A DNA stretch of 39,588 bases from Desulfobacterales bacterium. GTDB taxonomy: Bacteria > Desulfobacterota > Desulfobacteria > Desulfobacterales > YD0425bin51. The notes under the pieces were generated by a model. It made no database searches, was not told where the DNA came from, and worked only from the letters and a program-made list of their open reading frames with translations. Numbering within the stretch: the first letter of the stretch is position 1; each line of letters begins with the position of its first letter. The stretch spans positions 1-39,588 of the forward strand of contig JADGCY010000009.1 of NCBI GenBank assembly GCA_015228685.1, in the 5' to 3' direction. This document shows, in pieces, positions 1 through 9,582 of this stretch. The position numbers were made by a program, and so were the translations under genes.

Positions 1-361
1 TTTTTAACGCTTCCAAATACTTTTCCTTTCCGCCAAATATTTTGATAATTTCAATTGGAGAACCAAAATCAGTTAAAGGTTTCACTTTTAAAACCTGCAA
101 ATTTTCAATTCCTTTAATAGAATGATTATTATCTTTAGCTTCAATGACTGCAATAGGAATGTTAGGCTTATAATACAAAATATAATCCGCTCGTTTGGCT
201 TTTCCTCTTGTAGATAGTTTACCACGAACATAGATTTTACCAGCAGTAAAAGATACTTCTTCTAAAATTTGAGTATGCTTATCCCATCCTGCTTTTTCAA
301 GAGCAGGCATTATCAACTTTGTGCATATATCTCTCTCTGATAAATTTTTCTTTGAGTTCAT
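1..361 (-). CDS. Partial CDS (its 3' end lies outside the window) for a protein with an N-terminal HsdR_N-like domain, as in the type I restriction R subunit N-terminal domain
   Basis: The reverse-complement translation from the ATG at 361-359 gives MNSKKNLSERDICTKLIMPALEKAGWD...ADYILYYKPNIPIAVIEAKD, which is the classic HSDR_N motif pattern. The ORF has no stop in the window. Its start is 4 bp downstream of the stop of the caspase gene. Confidence 0.5.
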   Translation of the reverse strand, partial: MNSKKNLSERDICTKLIMPALEKAGWDKHTQILEEVSFTAGKIYVRGKLSTRGKAKRADYILYYKPNIPIAVIEAKDNNHSIKGIENLQVLKVKPLTDFGSPIEIIKIFGGKEKYLEALK

Positions 362-365
362 ATGA

Positions 366-2012
366 TTATTTCTTAAACCTTACTGCGAAACCCTGAATAG
401 TACCAGTATCAAGTCCATGTAAAGGACGAATTGATGATATTCCATGCATAAAGTCAAAATAGAATGGTCTTCCATCATTAGTAATTTCAATAGACCATAC
501 TTCAAATCCCTGTAAATTTATATAAGGATTAATGTTTTTTTGACCAACTCCTTTTTGATAGAGAGATGCTAACTCTTCAACTGTCGGCATTCGCCACCCA
601 CCACCTTGAATATCCAAGTGTGAAATATAGATTTGTGCTTGATCACGTAGACAAGAATAACCTTTTGGACATGCAATCCATTCAAGGTCAGTTAGTTTAT
701 CTAATACTACTCCATTTCCTTTTTGAAAAAAGCGATTAGGATCATTTTTATCTAAAATTGGGGGAGCAAGTATTTGGTGATATTTGGGATCAGTAACAGG
801 CAAAACCCTAGGGAAATTACCAACAATTTTTCTATGAGCGTCACGTTTCCCTGTATTGAAATTAAAATAATAGGCAGCTTCTTCGCTTTCTACTTCATTG
901 GACCATGGGCAGCATTCTCCAATATCAATAAGCTCTGTTACTGGAAAACCATGTTTATTTTTAGAGTTTGTATCATAAAGCGTAGATAATTCGTCTATGG
1001 TTGGGAGCCTCCAATGACTAAACCCGCCACCTCTAAAAGTTTTACAAAATAAGTTGGCGTCCCACCAGGTTATTGCTTTCCCATTATCTTGGACAGCCCA
1101 TATAAGACCAGTTTTAGTATCTAATACAGTTTCATTATTTTTTAATATAAAGCGATTATCTTTTGGTGTTTCATCCTGCTCAATATATTTCTGTTCAATT
1201 TTTAAATCAGGAACTTTTTCTTGTTTTTTTATAATAACAACTCCTCTTTGTTCTTCAGGATTAAAATAAAATTTACCTTTTAAACTTGTTGACTCCCAAG
1301 GAATTTGCTTTTTTTGTGATAATTCTTCAACAGATATGCGTACTTGTTTGAACATTTCCTCAATAGTAAGGCCAGGAGTTCGTATATGCTTTAAAATTGC
1401 AGAAGTATAAATTCCATTATTTTGAGAACCATCAGAAGCTGTTTTTCCAGGTGAAGTTGCATATGCAACAATAGATCCAGATGGAGCATCCATAAATGCT
1501 AAACCTTGTGATTTTACTCCTCTACTCCAGCTTCTTTCAAATGGGTTGTTTCGGCAGGCATCTAAAATAACAATATTTGTTTTTGATCCGGCATTTTCCA
1601 TTTCAGAAAGTACTCTATCAGCACGTACACAATCGTATTCAACATCTTTTTCATTATCTAAAGCAGCATCAACTGGAATAAGATAGTTAATTCCATTTAC
1701 TTGTATTCCATGACCTGCATAAAAAAATAATCCAATATCAAAATTTTTAAGTTTTTCACCAAATTCATCTATTGCTTTTTTCATGGCTTTTTGATCACAG
1801 TTGATGCGATCAATTACTACAAAGTTTAATTCTTTTAATGCTATTTTTATTCCCTTAACATCATTAACAGGATTTTTTAGTGTACCTCCATGAGTATAAT
1901 TTGCATTACCCATAAGTAATGCAATTCGTTTTTCAGATGAAGCAATACATGGTATTGCGGAAAAAATAACTGAAGCAAAAATAAGAGTTAATAAAGCAAT
2001 TTTATTTTTCAT
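366..2012 (-). CDS. Secreted caspase-like (peptidase C14) protein with two C-terminal DUF1566 (Lcl C-terminal-type) repeats
   Basis: There is an N-terminal signal peptide (MKNKIALLTLIFASVIFSAIPCIASS). The caspase catalytic dyad motifs are present (FFYAGHGIQ and ILDACRNNP). Two repeats match the DUF1566 consensus (LIWAVQDNG...W..A...C....GGGFSHWRLPTIDELSTLY and LEWIACPKG...GGGWRMPTVEELASLY). Confidence 0.7.
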   Translation of the reverse strand: MKNKIALLTLIFASVIFSAIPCIASSEKRIALLMGNANYTHGGTLKNPVNDVKGIKIALKELNFVVIDRINCDQKAMKKAIDEFGEKLKNFDIGLFFYAGHGIQVNGINYLIPVDAALDNEKDVEYDCVRADRVLSEMENAGSKTNIVILDACRNNPFERSWSRGVKSQGLAFMDAPSGSIVAYATSPGKTASDGSQNNGIYTSAILKHIRTPGLTIEEMFKQVRISVEELSQKKQIPWESTSLKGKFYFNPEEQRGVVIIKKQEKVPDLKIEQKYIEQDETPKDNRFILKNNETVLDTKTGLIWAVQDNGKAITWWDANLFCKTFRGGGFSHWRLPTIDELSTLYDTNSKNKHGFPVTELIDIGECCPWSNEVESEEAAYYFNFNTGKRDAHRKIVGNFPRVLPVTDPKYHQILAPPILDKNDPNRFFQKGNGVVLDKLTDLEWIACPKGYSCLRDQAQIYISHLDIQGGGWRMPTVEELASLYQKGVGQKNINPYINLQGFEVWSIEITNDGRPFYFDFMHGISSIRPLHGLDTGTIQGFAVRFKK

Positions 2013-2037
2013 TCTTTTTTCTTTTTAAAAAATAAGC

Positions 2038-2589
2038 TTATTTAAAGACTGATAATAAGTCATTAATTGTTCTGGAGATTTTATCTTTTAAATATAAATA
2101 TCTCCATTCATCTGGAAAAGCAATAGGGCTGAATATGACTTCTAATTCTATTTCGTAGTTTTTATTGTCTTTAGTATATCCATGATTAAGTATGTTTAGA
2201 GGTAGACTTATCAAGCCTTCGTAGCTTACTATTATTTCATCATAAGCAAATACACTAAGATAGTAATTATTTTTGCTTTTTACTGAAATTAGTCCAAATT
2301 TTATGAGTAAATTTGAAATTGCGTTATGTTTTGCTGTAGATATTAAATCAATATTGCTTGAAGAGTCAGCAATACCTTTTACTTTTATTGTATTGAATTT
2401 TTCTATCCTGAATTCTTCATAAGCTTGGGACATTGTCAAATTAGTCTCAGACATTATTCCATTTATTGTTTTAAGATCTAATCTAACATAATATAAGTCA
2501 TTTGCATAAGACAGGGCAGGGGATAGTATAAAAAATATTTTATACATCAAGTATAGGAGTTGCTTTAATTTGTCTTTCAATTGCTTCAA
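2038..2589 (-). CDS. Hypothetical secreted protein
   Basis: A 183-aa ORF with a signal-peptide-like N-terminus ([15 protein letters not shown]). No recognisable catalytic motif. The annotated start overlaps the upstream histidine kinase gene, so the internal Met15 may be the true start. Confidence 0.4.
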   Translation of the reverse strand: MKQLKDKLKQLLYLMYKIFFILSPALSYANDLYYVRLDLKTINGIMSETNLTMSQAYEEFRIEKFNTIKVKGIADSSSNIDLISTAKHNAISNLLIKFGLISVKSKNNYYLSVFAYDEIIVSYEGLISLPLNILNHGYTKDNKNYEIELEVIFSPIAFPDEWRYLYLKDKISRTINDLLSVFK

Positions 2590-4585
2590 GAAGTTTTTCG
2601 GGTTTTACTGGTTTTGATACATAATCATTCATACCAGACTCTATGCAGCGTTCACGATCTCCAGTCATTGCATGAGCAGTCATTGCAATTATTGGAACAT
2701 CATGATCTATAACATTTGAAGATATATCTCTAATTCTTTTTGTTGCTTCAAAGCCATCCATTTCAGGCATTTGTACATCCATTAAAACTATATCGTACCT
2801 TTTTTTCTCTAATGCTTTGACTGCTTCTAGCCCATTTATTGCTGTATCAGCTTCATATCCGAATTTTTTCAAATGAAGGAGTGCCAGTTTTTGATTAACA
2901 GGATTATCTTCTGCAAGCAGTATTTTTAATTTTCGCTTAGCAATATCTGCCAACGAATGTTTTGTTACTATTTGGGTATCTTCTTTTTTATTTTCATTTG
3001 TTTCACAAGAAACGCCCAAAACTGTTACAAGACAGTCAAAAAGTTGAGCCCGTTTTATTGGCTTACTTAAATAAGCTGCAAAGCCTATTTCTTTCATTCT
3101 TACAGCATCTCCACGGAGACCTCTTGAAGTAAGCATAACTAAAGTAGTCTGTTCTATGCTAGGGTCTGCTTTAATAAGCCTTCCCAAAGCCTCACCATCC
3201 ATACCAGGCATCATATAATCTATAATTGCAATATTAAAAGGATCTTTTTCTTCAGAAGCTTTAGAGAGTTTGGACAAAGCCTCTTGAGCATTTATTGCAG
3301 GAGCGTATCTGCATCCCCAGGATTTTAAATATGATTTTATTATTTCTCTATTGGTTGCATTATCATCAACAGCTAGAACTTTTTTACCTCTAATATCAGC
3401 AGGTATTATCTGTGACATTTCTTTACCTTTTGGCTGTTTGTCAAGAAGTGCCGTAAAGTAAAAAATAGAGCCTTTTCCTTCTATGCTTTCAACACCAATT
3501 TTTCCACCCATCATTTCAGCGAGTTGTTTTGAGATGGCAAGGCCTAGTCCTGTTCCTCCATATTTTCTAGTAGTAGATGTATCAACTTGTGAAAAAGATT
3601 TGAAAAGACGATCCAGGCGATCTTTTGGTATACCTATTCCTGTGTCCTTTACAGCAAAGTGTACCCTTGCATTAGTTTCAGTCTCTTTTTCTAGATTTAC
3701 AGATATAGTGACTTCACCTTTTTCAGTAAATTTTATGGAATTTCCAGAAAGGTTTATAAGTATTTGGCGGAGTCTTCCAGGATCACCTTTTAGAAATATA
3801 GGGACATCATGATGAATAAAACAGGCAAATTCCAATTTTTTTTCATGTGCTTTCATAGATAATAGTTCAGATACGTCTTCAACCATTTTCCGGATATCAA
3901 AATCTATTGATTCCAGTTCCATTTTACCAGCTTCAATTTTTGAAAAATCAAGAATATCATTTATAATAGAAAGGAGAGAGTCAGAGCTAAATATTATTGT
4001 ATCAACAAATTCACGCTGTTCTTTAGAAAGTACAGTGTCCTTAATTAAACCTGCCATGCCAATTATTCCATTCATTGGAGTTCTGATTTCATGACTCATA
4101 TTGGCAAGAAAATCACTTTTGGCTCTGTTAGCTGCGTCTGCTTCCTTTGCTAATCTCTGAGCCTCTTTTGTAGTTTCCTGAAGTTTCAATTTTGAAGCTT
4201 CAAGTTCTGTTACATCCTGAACCATTATATAGATATATTTAATTTGGCTATTTTCATCACGAAGAGGACCTATTGTACATTTCTGCTGCATGAATTCAAA
4301 ATTATGTCCCATTGTATTTATTGCTTTGAAGGGAAAGAGATAGGGATATAATTTTTGAGATAAAAAAGAAAAATTGCCGAATGTGAAAACTGATTTTATA
4401 TTTCGTTTAAATCTATCATTGTTTAAGTGAGGAAATAATTCGAAAAATGGTTTTCCAATAACTTCTTTTGCCGGTATCTTGCCATAATTTTCCATCCATC
4501 TATTCCACTTGTGAACATTTAATTCTTTATCTAAAATTACAATACCAGCTGTAACCATATCGAATATTTGTTCAAAAATCATCAA
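2540..4585 (-). CDS. Hybrid sensor histidine kinase/response regulator with PAS, HisKA, HATPase and two REC domains
   Basis: An N-terminal PAS-like region is followed by an H-box ([13 protein letters not shown]), HATPase G-boxes ([15 protein letters not shown]) and two receiver domains ([10 protein letters not shown]...DYMMPGMDG and [10 protein letters not shown]...DVQMPEMDG). Confidence 0.85.
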   Translation of the reverse strand: MMIFEQIFDMVTAGIVILDKELNVHKWNRWMENYGKIPAKEVIGKPFFELFPHLNNDRFKRNIKSVFTFGNFSFLSQKLYPYLFPFKAINTMGHNFEFMQQKCTIGPLRDENSQIKYIYIMVQDVTELEASKLKLQETTKEAQRLAKEADAANRAKSDFLANMSHEIRTPMNGIIGMAGLIKDTVLSKEQREFVDTIIFSSDSLLSIINDILDFSKIEAGKMELESIDFDIRKMVEDVSELLSMKAHEKKLEFACFIHHDVPIFLKGDPGRLRQILINLSGNSIKFTEKGEVTISVNLEKETETNARVHFAVKDTGIGIPKDRLDRLFKSFSQVDTSTTRKYGGTGLGLAISKQLAEMMGGKIGVESIEGKGSIFYFTALLDKQPKGKEMSQIIPADIRGKKVLAVDDNATNREIIKSYLKSWGCRYAPAINAQEALSKLSKASEEKDPFNIAIIDYMMPGMDGEALGRLIKADPSIEQTTLVMLTSRGLRGDAVRMKEIGFAAYLSKPIKRAQLFDCLVTVLGVSCETNENKKEDTQIVTKHSLADIAKRKLKILLAEDNPVNQKLALLHLKKFGYEADTAINGLEAVKALEKKRYDIVLMDVQMPEMDGFEATKRIRDISSNVIDHDVPIIAMTAHAMTGDRERCIESGMNDYVSKPVKPEKLLEAIERQIKATPILDV

Positions 4586-5226
4586 AAAGACTCCATAAAG
4601 TCATTTAATGATTTTCTTAACCATGCAATAGAGTCTTGATTTGTAAGCAAAAGCAAAAAACCATTCACATTCTTCTGTTCAAATTCAAAAACTGTTCTCA
4701 TTATGATTGCACTTTGATCAGGATCAAAAGAACTTATCATGTATTTATATTCTTCACTTTTGCTGTTTATAACCTCAGGAGGTGAATAAGTAACAAATGT
4801 TTTTAAAAGCTCAGAAATTTTTCCAACACAAGCCCCTATTAAGATATTTCCAACTTCTGTTAAGGAATTATTTTCAAGAGCGTCCAACTGCTCTTTATCC
4901 ATATTTTCCGCTTCTATATCTTGTTCAAATAGCCTAATTATTTGTTTGCTTGAATTAGCTGGAAAGACTAATAAACCAGAGCCTTTAAAATCTCCCCAAA
5001 ATTTTTGATCAACTATGTTTACTTCAGAGTTAGAATCGCTCATTTCATTTCTTATATAATCTGGAAGCTCGCCTGCACTTATAACTTTTATTTGGGGTAT
5101 GCTTAATACTACACATATATCGATAACTTCAGCAAGATCTGCAGTTGCGCTTCCAAAAGCTATATTCATAACTTCTTGAAGAATATCTTTTTCTTCGTCA
5201 GAAAAAAGCTCATTGGCATCAGACAT
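4582..5226 (-). CDS. CheC-family CheY-P phosphatase-like protein
   Basis: Two duplicated halves each carry the CheC E-x2-N motif in a G-rich context ([16 protein letters not shown] and [14 protein letters not shown]). The length of about 210 aa is typical of class I CheC. Confidence 0.6.
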   Translation of the reverse strand: MSDANELFSDEEKDILQEVMNIAFGSATADLAEVIDICVVLSIPQIKVISAGELPDYIRNEMSDSNSEVNIVDQKFWGDFKGSGLLVFPANSSKQIIRLFEQDIEAENMDKEQLDALENNSLTEVGNILIGACVGKISELLKTFVTYSPPEVINSKSEEYKYMISSFDPDQSAIIMRTVFEFEQKNVNGFLLLLTNQDSIAWLRKSLNDFMESF

Positions 5227-5620
5227 CTTGATTCACTCCTGCAATTTGTTGTATTTTCATTTCAGCTTTTTCTAATGCAGCCTCTATCGATTCTTTTTTT
5301 GCTGGTGGTTTTTTTATTAAAGTAAAAGCTCCAAGTTCTAGAGCCTTTGTAATTGATTGTCTTTGAATATCAGCTGTCATAACAATAATTATAGCATTTT
5401 TATCAAATTTTTTTATTTGAGCAGTAGCTCCATAACCATCTAAAACCGGCATGGTTAAATCCATTATTGTGACATCTGGTCTTATTTCTTGATACTTATT
5501 TACTCCTTCCTGCCCATTTGTAGCTTCAAATATTTCATAACCTTTGTTGTCAGGTATACATTTTTTTAACATTTTTCTAGCTACTGGAGAATCATCAACT
5601 ATTAAAATTTTTTTAATCAT
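5219..5620 (-). CDS. Single-domain CheY-like response regulator (receiver)
   Basis: Shows the receiver motif pattern: ILIVDDS..., a phospho-acceptor Asp in IMDLTMPVLDG, the T of VMTA, and the K in the KKP region. Overlaps the CheC gene by 8 bp. Confidence 0.8.
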   Translation of the reverse strand: MIKKILIVDDSPVARKMLKKCIPDNKGYEIFEATNGQEGVNKYQEIRPDVTIMDLTMPVLDGYGATAQIKKFDKNAIIIVMTADIQRQSITKALELGAFTLIKKPPAKKESIEAALEKAEMKIQQIAGVNQDV

Positions 5621-5638
5621 AAATTAAATCCTTTTTTA

Positions 5639-6106
5639 TTATGACTGGTCAGAAGCTGTTGGATTATCTATCAGTTTATTAAGTCCCTTTTTTTTAAGTT
5701 TTCCAGAGCGGATATTATTTATATGCTTATATAATTTACAATACTGCTCTTTTGATAAAATATTTTTAATTTCAAGGATACTGGCAGTTTTTATTTTCAT
5801 TATCTGTTTTTTTATTTCTGAAATTTTATCAATAAGTGAGTCTAGTTTTGTCTTGTCAGACTTCTCTTTTTTTATTTCATCATAAAATTCCATTCTGCTT
5901 ATATCAGTTTCATATCTCAACTTAAGAATATCTCGTTTTGATTTATCTCTTATTGATTCTATTTTTTTAGTTTGATCAATGTTTAAATTAAGGTTATTTA
6001 ATATGTTATCAGAAATAGTCAAATCATTATCATTGTCTATAGATAAAGCTTGTATAACCCAAAAAGCACTTATCAATATAAAAAGAAAAAAAATTTTTAT
6101 TTTCAT
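5639..6106 (-). CDS. Periplasmic protein, possibly Spy/CpxP (LTxxQ)-like
   Basis: Signal peptide, highly charged helical repeats, and an LNIDQ (LTxxQ-like) motif. The assignment is weak. Confidence 0.3.
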   Translation of the reverse strand: MKIKIFFLFILISAFWVIQALSIDNDNDLTISDNILNNLNLNIDQTKKIESIRDKSKRDILKLRYETDISRMEFYDEIKKEKSDKTKLDSLIDKISEIKKQIMKIKTASILEIKNILSKEQYCKLYKHINNIRSGKLKKKGLNKLIDNPTASDQS

Positions 6107-6131
6107 AAATTATCCCTTATCTTTATTAGTT

Positions 6132-7937
6132 TTAATAAATTTTTTCATCTATTTGCTCAGGGTCAAGTTCTTTTTTAGCATACTCTCTATAAATACGGTC
6201 ATTGACAAAAAGATCATAGATGTCTGGATCAATATGGCCATCTTTTTTCATAAATTCGATTATTTTAAGGGCTTGAGTAAGAGTCATTGGAGCTTTGTAA
6301 GGTCTATCCTTTGCAGTGAGGGCTTCAAAAACATCTGCAACTAACATTATTCTAGCTTGGATTGGCAAGTCTTTTCCAGATAATTTACGGGGATAACCAG
6401 ATCCATCCATTTTTTCATGGTGGCTTGCTGCATAATCTGGAACTTTAGAAAGCCTCTTTGGAAAAGGGATCTGCTCTAGAATTTTTAATGTCATAAGTGC
6501 ATGATTTTCAATTATTTTTCTCTCTTCTTCGGTTAATGTACCTTTCCGTATAGATAAATTATAAACTTCATCTTTAGTTAAATAAGGATATGTTATTGTG
6601 TCCTTGATATATGTTTTTTTTGCTATTTTATTTAGCTTTTCTATTTTGGTATCATTCATGAATTCATAAGATTTATTACATTCTTTTATAAATTGAAGAT
6701 CAGCAAATATTTGTTTTATTTCTTCTTCACAAGACTTATCTACTATTTGCAGCGCAGTTTCATTGATTGGGTCATTTTTTAAAATTTCTAATTTTTGGTT
6801 TAAAGATACAGCTTCAACTGATTTAGCAATAAAGTTAAATCTAAATTCGATTGCATCTATTCGATCAGATATTGTTTGCAGTTTAGTCGCTTTATCCACA
6901 ATGTACTCAGGTGTTACAATTTTTCCTACATCATGCATCCATGCAGAAAGTCTCAGTTCTTCCAGTTCATCTTTATTAAAATAAATATCTTTAAGATGTC
7001 CCTCAGTTTTTTCATTAATTTTTTCAGCCATCATCATTGTAAGATCAACTACTCTTCGTATATGACCTCCTGTGTATGGTGATTTTTTATCAATTGCAGT
7101 AGCAATGCTTTGAATAAAAGCATAAAATAATTCTGTCAAATCCTTTATTAATCGTGCGTTAGTAAGAGCTACAGCAGCTTGAGAAGCTATTGAAGCAACT
7201 AAATCTGTATGAGCTTTTGAAAAAGGAATGACTTTTTCTGTTTCAATATCTTTAGCATTAAGTAATTGAAGAACTCCAATTATATCATTTTCATGATTTT
7301 TAAGTGGAATTACAAGCATTGATCTTGATCTATAGCCAGTGGCTGCATCGTAATTTCTTGGACCTGTAAAATCAAATCCTTGAGCTTCATATACATCAGG
7401 AATATTAACTAACTCACCAGTAATTGCAGTATATGAAGATACATTTGAATGATTTGGAGTTCCATCTTGATGATAAAGCAGAACATTAGGAAGAGTAATT
7501 TCTTTGCCGCTAGTTCCTCCAAGCCTTGTTTTCATCGTATCATTATGCAGTATTCGAAAGCAGAGATATTTTTTTTCATCATCTAAAGTGTATAATGTAC
7601 CAGCATCAGCATTAGATATTGCTTTTGCTCCATCAACTATGAGTTCTAAAAGTTTTTCAATATTTTTTTCAGATGAAAGTGCAATTCCAATTTGTGCTTG
7701 ACGTTCAATATATCTAATTTGGTTTTCAGCATAACTAGTAACTTCAGATATTATTGTTTTTAACAGTTTATTGCTTATATGAGAAAAGATTGGTATATGA
7801 GAAAGCTGGGTTATTTCTTTTACAATAGTCTTTATAAGCTTATCTAATTTTTTATCCTCAGCTAAAAAGTTAATGATATCAAATTCGACACCTATTTTTT
7901 TATTAGTTTTTTCAATAAGGTTTGAAAAAAAAGTCAT
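6132..7937 (-). CDS. GAF-domain HD-GYP c-di-GMP phosphodiesterase
   Basis: A central GAF-like region is followed by an HD motif (WMHDVGK) and a GYP motif (HHEKMDGSGYPRKL). Confidence 0.85.
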   Translation of the reverse strand: MTFFSNLIEKTNKKIGVEFDIINFLAEDKKLDKLIKTIVKEITQLSHIPIFSHISNKLLKTIISEVTSYAENQIRYIERQAQIGIALSSEKNIEKLLELIVDGAKAISNADAGTLYTLDDEKKYLCFRILHNDTMKTRLGGTSGKEITLPNVLLYHQDGTPNHSNVSSYTAITGELVNIPDVYEAQGFDFTGPRNYDAATGYRSRSMLVIPLKNHENDIIGVLQLLNAKDIETEKVIPFSKAHTDLVASIASQAAVALTNARLIKDLTELFYAFIQSIATAIDKKSPYTGGHIRRVVDLTMMMAEKINEKTEGHLKDIYFNKDELEELRLSAWMHDVGKIVTPEYIVDKATKLQTISDRIDAIEFRFNFIAKSVEAVSLNQKLEILKNDPINETALQIVDKSCEEEIKQIFADLQFIKECNKSYEFMNDTKIEKLNKIAKKTYIKDTITYPYLTKDEVYNLSIRKGTLTEEERKIIENHALMTLKILEQIPFPKRLSKVPDYAASHHEKMDGSGYPRKLSGKDLPIQARIMLVADVFEALTAKDRPYKAPMTLTQALKIIEFMKKDGHIDPDIYDLFVNDRIYREYAKKELDPEQIDEKIY

Positions 7938-7947
7938 TTTAGTGTCC

Positions 7948-9582
7948 TCACGATCCTGCTGATTTACTTGGATTTGTTCTAATTAGAGAAGTTGGGTTTA
8001 ATTCATTAATGTAATCTTTTATTCCTTTAACTATAGCTTCACATAATTCATTCTGATATTGATGAGTAATTATTCTTTGACATTCCTTAGGGTTGCTGAT
8101 AAAGCCTGCTTCAACTAAAATTGCAGGCATATGAGCGCCTAAAAGAACATAAAAAGGCGCTTGCTTTACTCCCTTATCCTTTATCATATCATATTTGTTT
8201 GATAGGTGACCTGTTAAAGATTTTTGAACATAACCAGCAAGTCTGCTTGATTCATTAATTTTGGCATTTTGCATTAAGTCATTTAAAATACTTTGAAGAT
8301 CGCTTATATTTTTGGTTGATGTAGCGTTTTCTCTGGCTGCTACACGTATAGCATCATCATCTGTGGCTAAATTTAAAAAATATGTTTCAATCCCATATGC
8401 ACGTTGGTCCTTTGTAGAATTTGCATGCATTGATATAAAAATATCTGCATTTTTAGTGTTTGCAATAGCAGTTCTCTCTTCTAATGTTAAATAATTATCA
8501 TCGTTTCTGGTAAGTATTACTTTGCAACCTAATTTATCATGAATTTTTTGAGCGAGCTTTTTGGATATTTCCATTACAATATCTTTTTCTGCAATTCCTT
8601 TAATACTAGTTGGTGCTCCAATGTCATGACCGCCATGTCCTGGATCAATGATTACTAGTTTTACCCCTAAAGCCAATTGTTTAGCTATAGCGCTTGGCGG
8701 TATTTTGGTTGTTGTTGAAGGGGGGGTGATCGGTTGTTTCGGTTTTTCTACATAATGAGGCTTTTCTGATGGCTTGCCCCATATATCTATAATTATTCTA
8801 AAAGGGTTATTTAAAGAAAAAATTTTATAGCTTTGAAAAGATTTAATATCAACTACTATTCTAACAGTTGTAAGGGTATATTGCCCAGCTCTTGCGCTTG
8901 TAAGCAGATCGTCATTTATTGGAATTATACTTTTGATTCGTTTTGGAAGTTTTGTATTTTCAAAATCAATGTAAAGACGAGGTGGTTTTTGAATACTAGG
9001 ATCTTTTTCAAGAAGTTTATGTACAAAAGGAGTTTCATGGTTTAAATTTATAACAACCCTGGTATAATTAGGGTTTGACCAAAATCGTAAATCTTCAATA
9101 AGATAAAGAGGTTTATTTTGTTTATTGATTTGTTTCTCTACAGGTTTATCTATGGATTTCTCTATAGGTTTTTCTATAGATTTAGATTTAATAGCTAATT
9201 CAGGAAAAGCACTTAATGCTTCTTCTGATTTAATTTTATATTCGCTACCTGGAAAATGCTTTATAACTCTTTGCAAAATATCTATAGCTTCTTTTTTATC
9301 TGATGCTTTAATAGATATTTTATGAAGTTCCAAGTAAAGCTTGCCTGCCATGTATAAAGCCTGAGCGCTTAATTTACCTGAGGGGTCTGACTTGTAAACC
9401 TGTTCAAATTTTTCAATACATGGAAACCAGTTATCACGAAATTGTCGTTTTTTTTCATTTTTTGACAGCGTCTGATAGCATGCTTCAGCTTTTTTATAGT
9501 CTTCTTGCATAGATGCAAACAACCAAATAGGTTTAAATATAAAAAAAAATAATATCAGAACAATTTTACAACTATATCTCAC
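7948..9582 (-). CDS. N-acetylmuramoyl-L-alanine amidase (Amidase_3, AmiC-like) with an N-terminal TPR/AMIN-like region and a repetitive linker
   Basis: Signal peptide and Amidase_3 motifs (VIIDPGHGGHDIGA, ISMHANS, E in ETYF). A KPIEKSIDKPVEKQ repeat linker is present. Confidence 0.85.
   Translation of the reverse strand: MRYSCKIVLILFFFIFKPIWLFASMQEDYKKAEACYQTLSKNEKKRQFRDNWFPCIEKFEQVYKSDPSGKLSAQALYMAGKLYLELHKISIKASDKKEAIDILQRVIKHFPGSEYKIKSEEALSAFPELAIKSKSIEKPIEKSIDKPVEKQINKQNKPLYLIEDLRFWSNPNYTRVVINLNHETPFVHKLLEKDPSIQKPPRLYIDFENTKLPKRIKSIIPINDDLLTSARAGQYTLTTVRIVVDIKSFQSYKIFSLNNPFRIIIDIWGKPSEKPHYVEKPKQPITPPSTTTKIPPSAIAKQLALGVKLVIIDPGHGGHDIGAPTSIKGIAEKDIVMEISKKLAQKIHDKLGCKVILTRNDDNYLTLEERTAIANTKNADIFISMHANSTKDQRAYGIETYFLNLATDDDAIRVAARENATSTKNISDLQSILNDLMQNAKINESSRLAGYVQKSLTGHLSNKYDMIKDKGVKQAPFYVLLGAHMPAILVEAGFISNPKECQRIITHQYQNELCEAIVKGIKDYINELNPTSLIRTNPSKSAGS

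Noticed and set aside
774-1269. Small plus-strand ORFs (774-989, 1054-1269) and similar 60-120 aa ORFs elsewhere (for example 3483-3812, 5979-6344, 6763-7082, 8312-9325, 12341-12592, 14595-14789, 18908-19126, 19654-19896, 20889-21128, 23980-24177, 25795-26004, 28177-28452, 29112-29306, 29644-30057, 30686-30868, 31347-31532, 31859-32050, 32782-32973, 33968-34258, 36162-36689, 38647-38877)
   Set aside because: All lie antisense to, or out of frame within, long ORFs with clear domain signatures. They have low-complexity or hydrophobic translations typical of AT-rich antisense frames and no RBS, so they are treated as spurious.
9137-9190. Tandem 12-bp-like repeats (tctatggatttc / tctataggtttt / tctatagattta)
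   Set aside because: They lie within the AmiC CDS and simply encode the repetitive EKPIEKSIDKPVEKQ linker. They are not an independent element.
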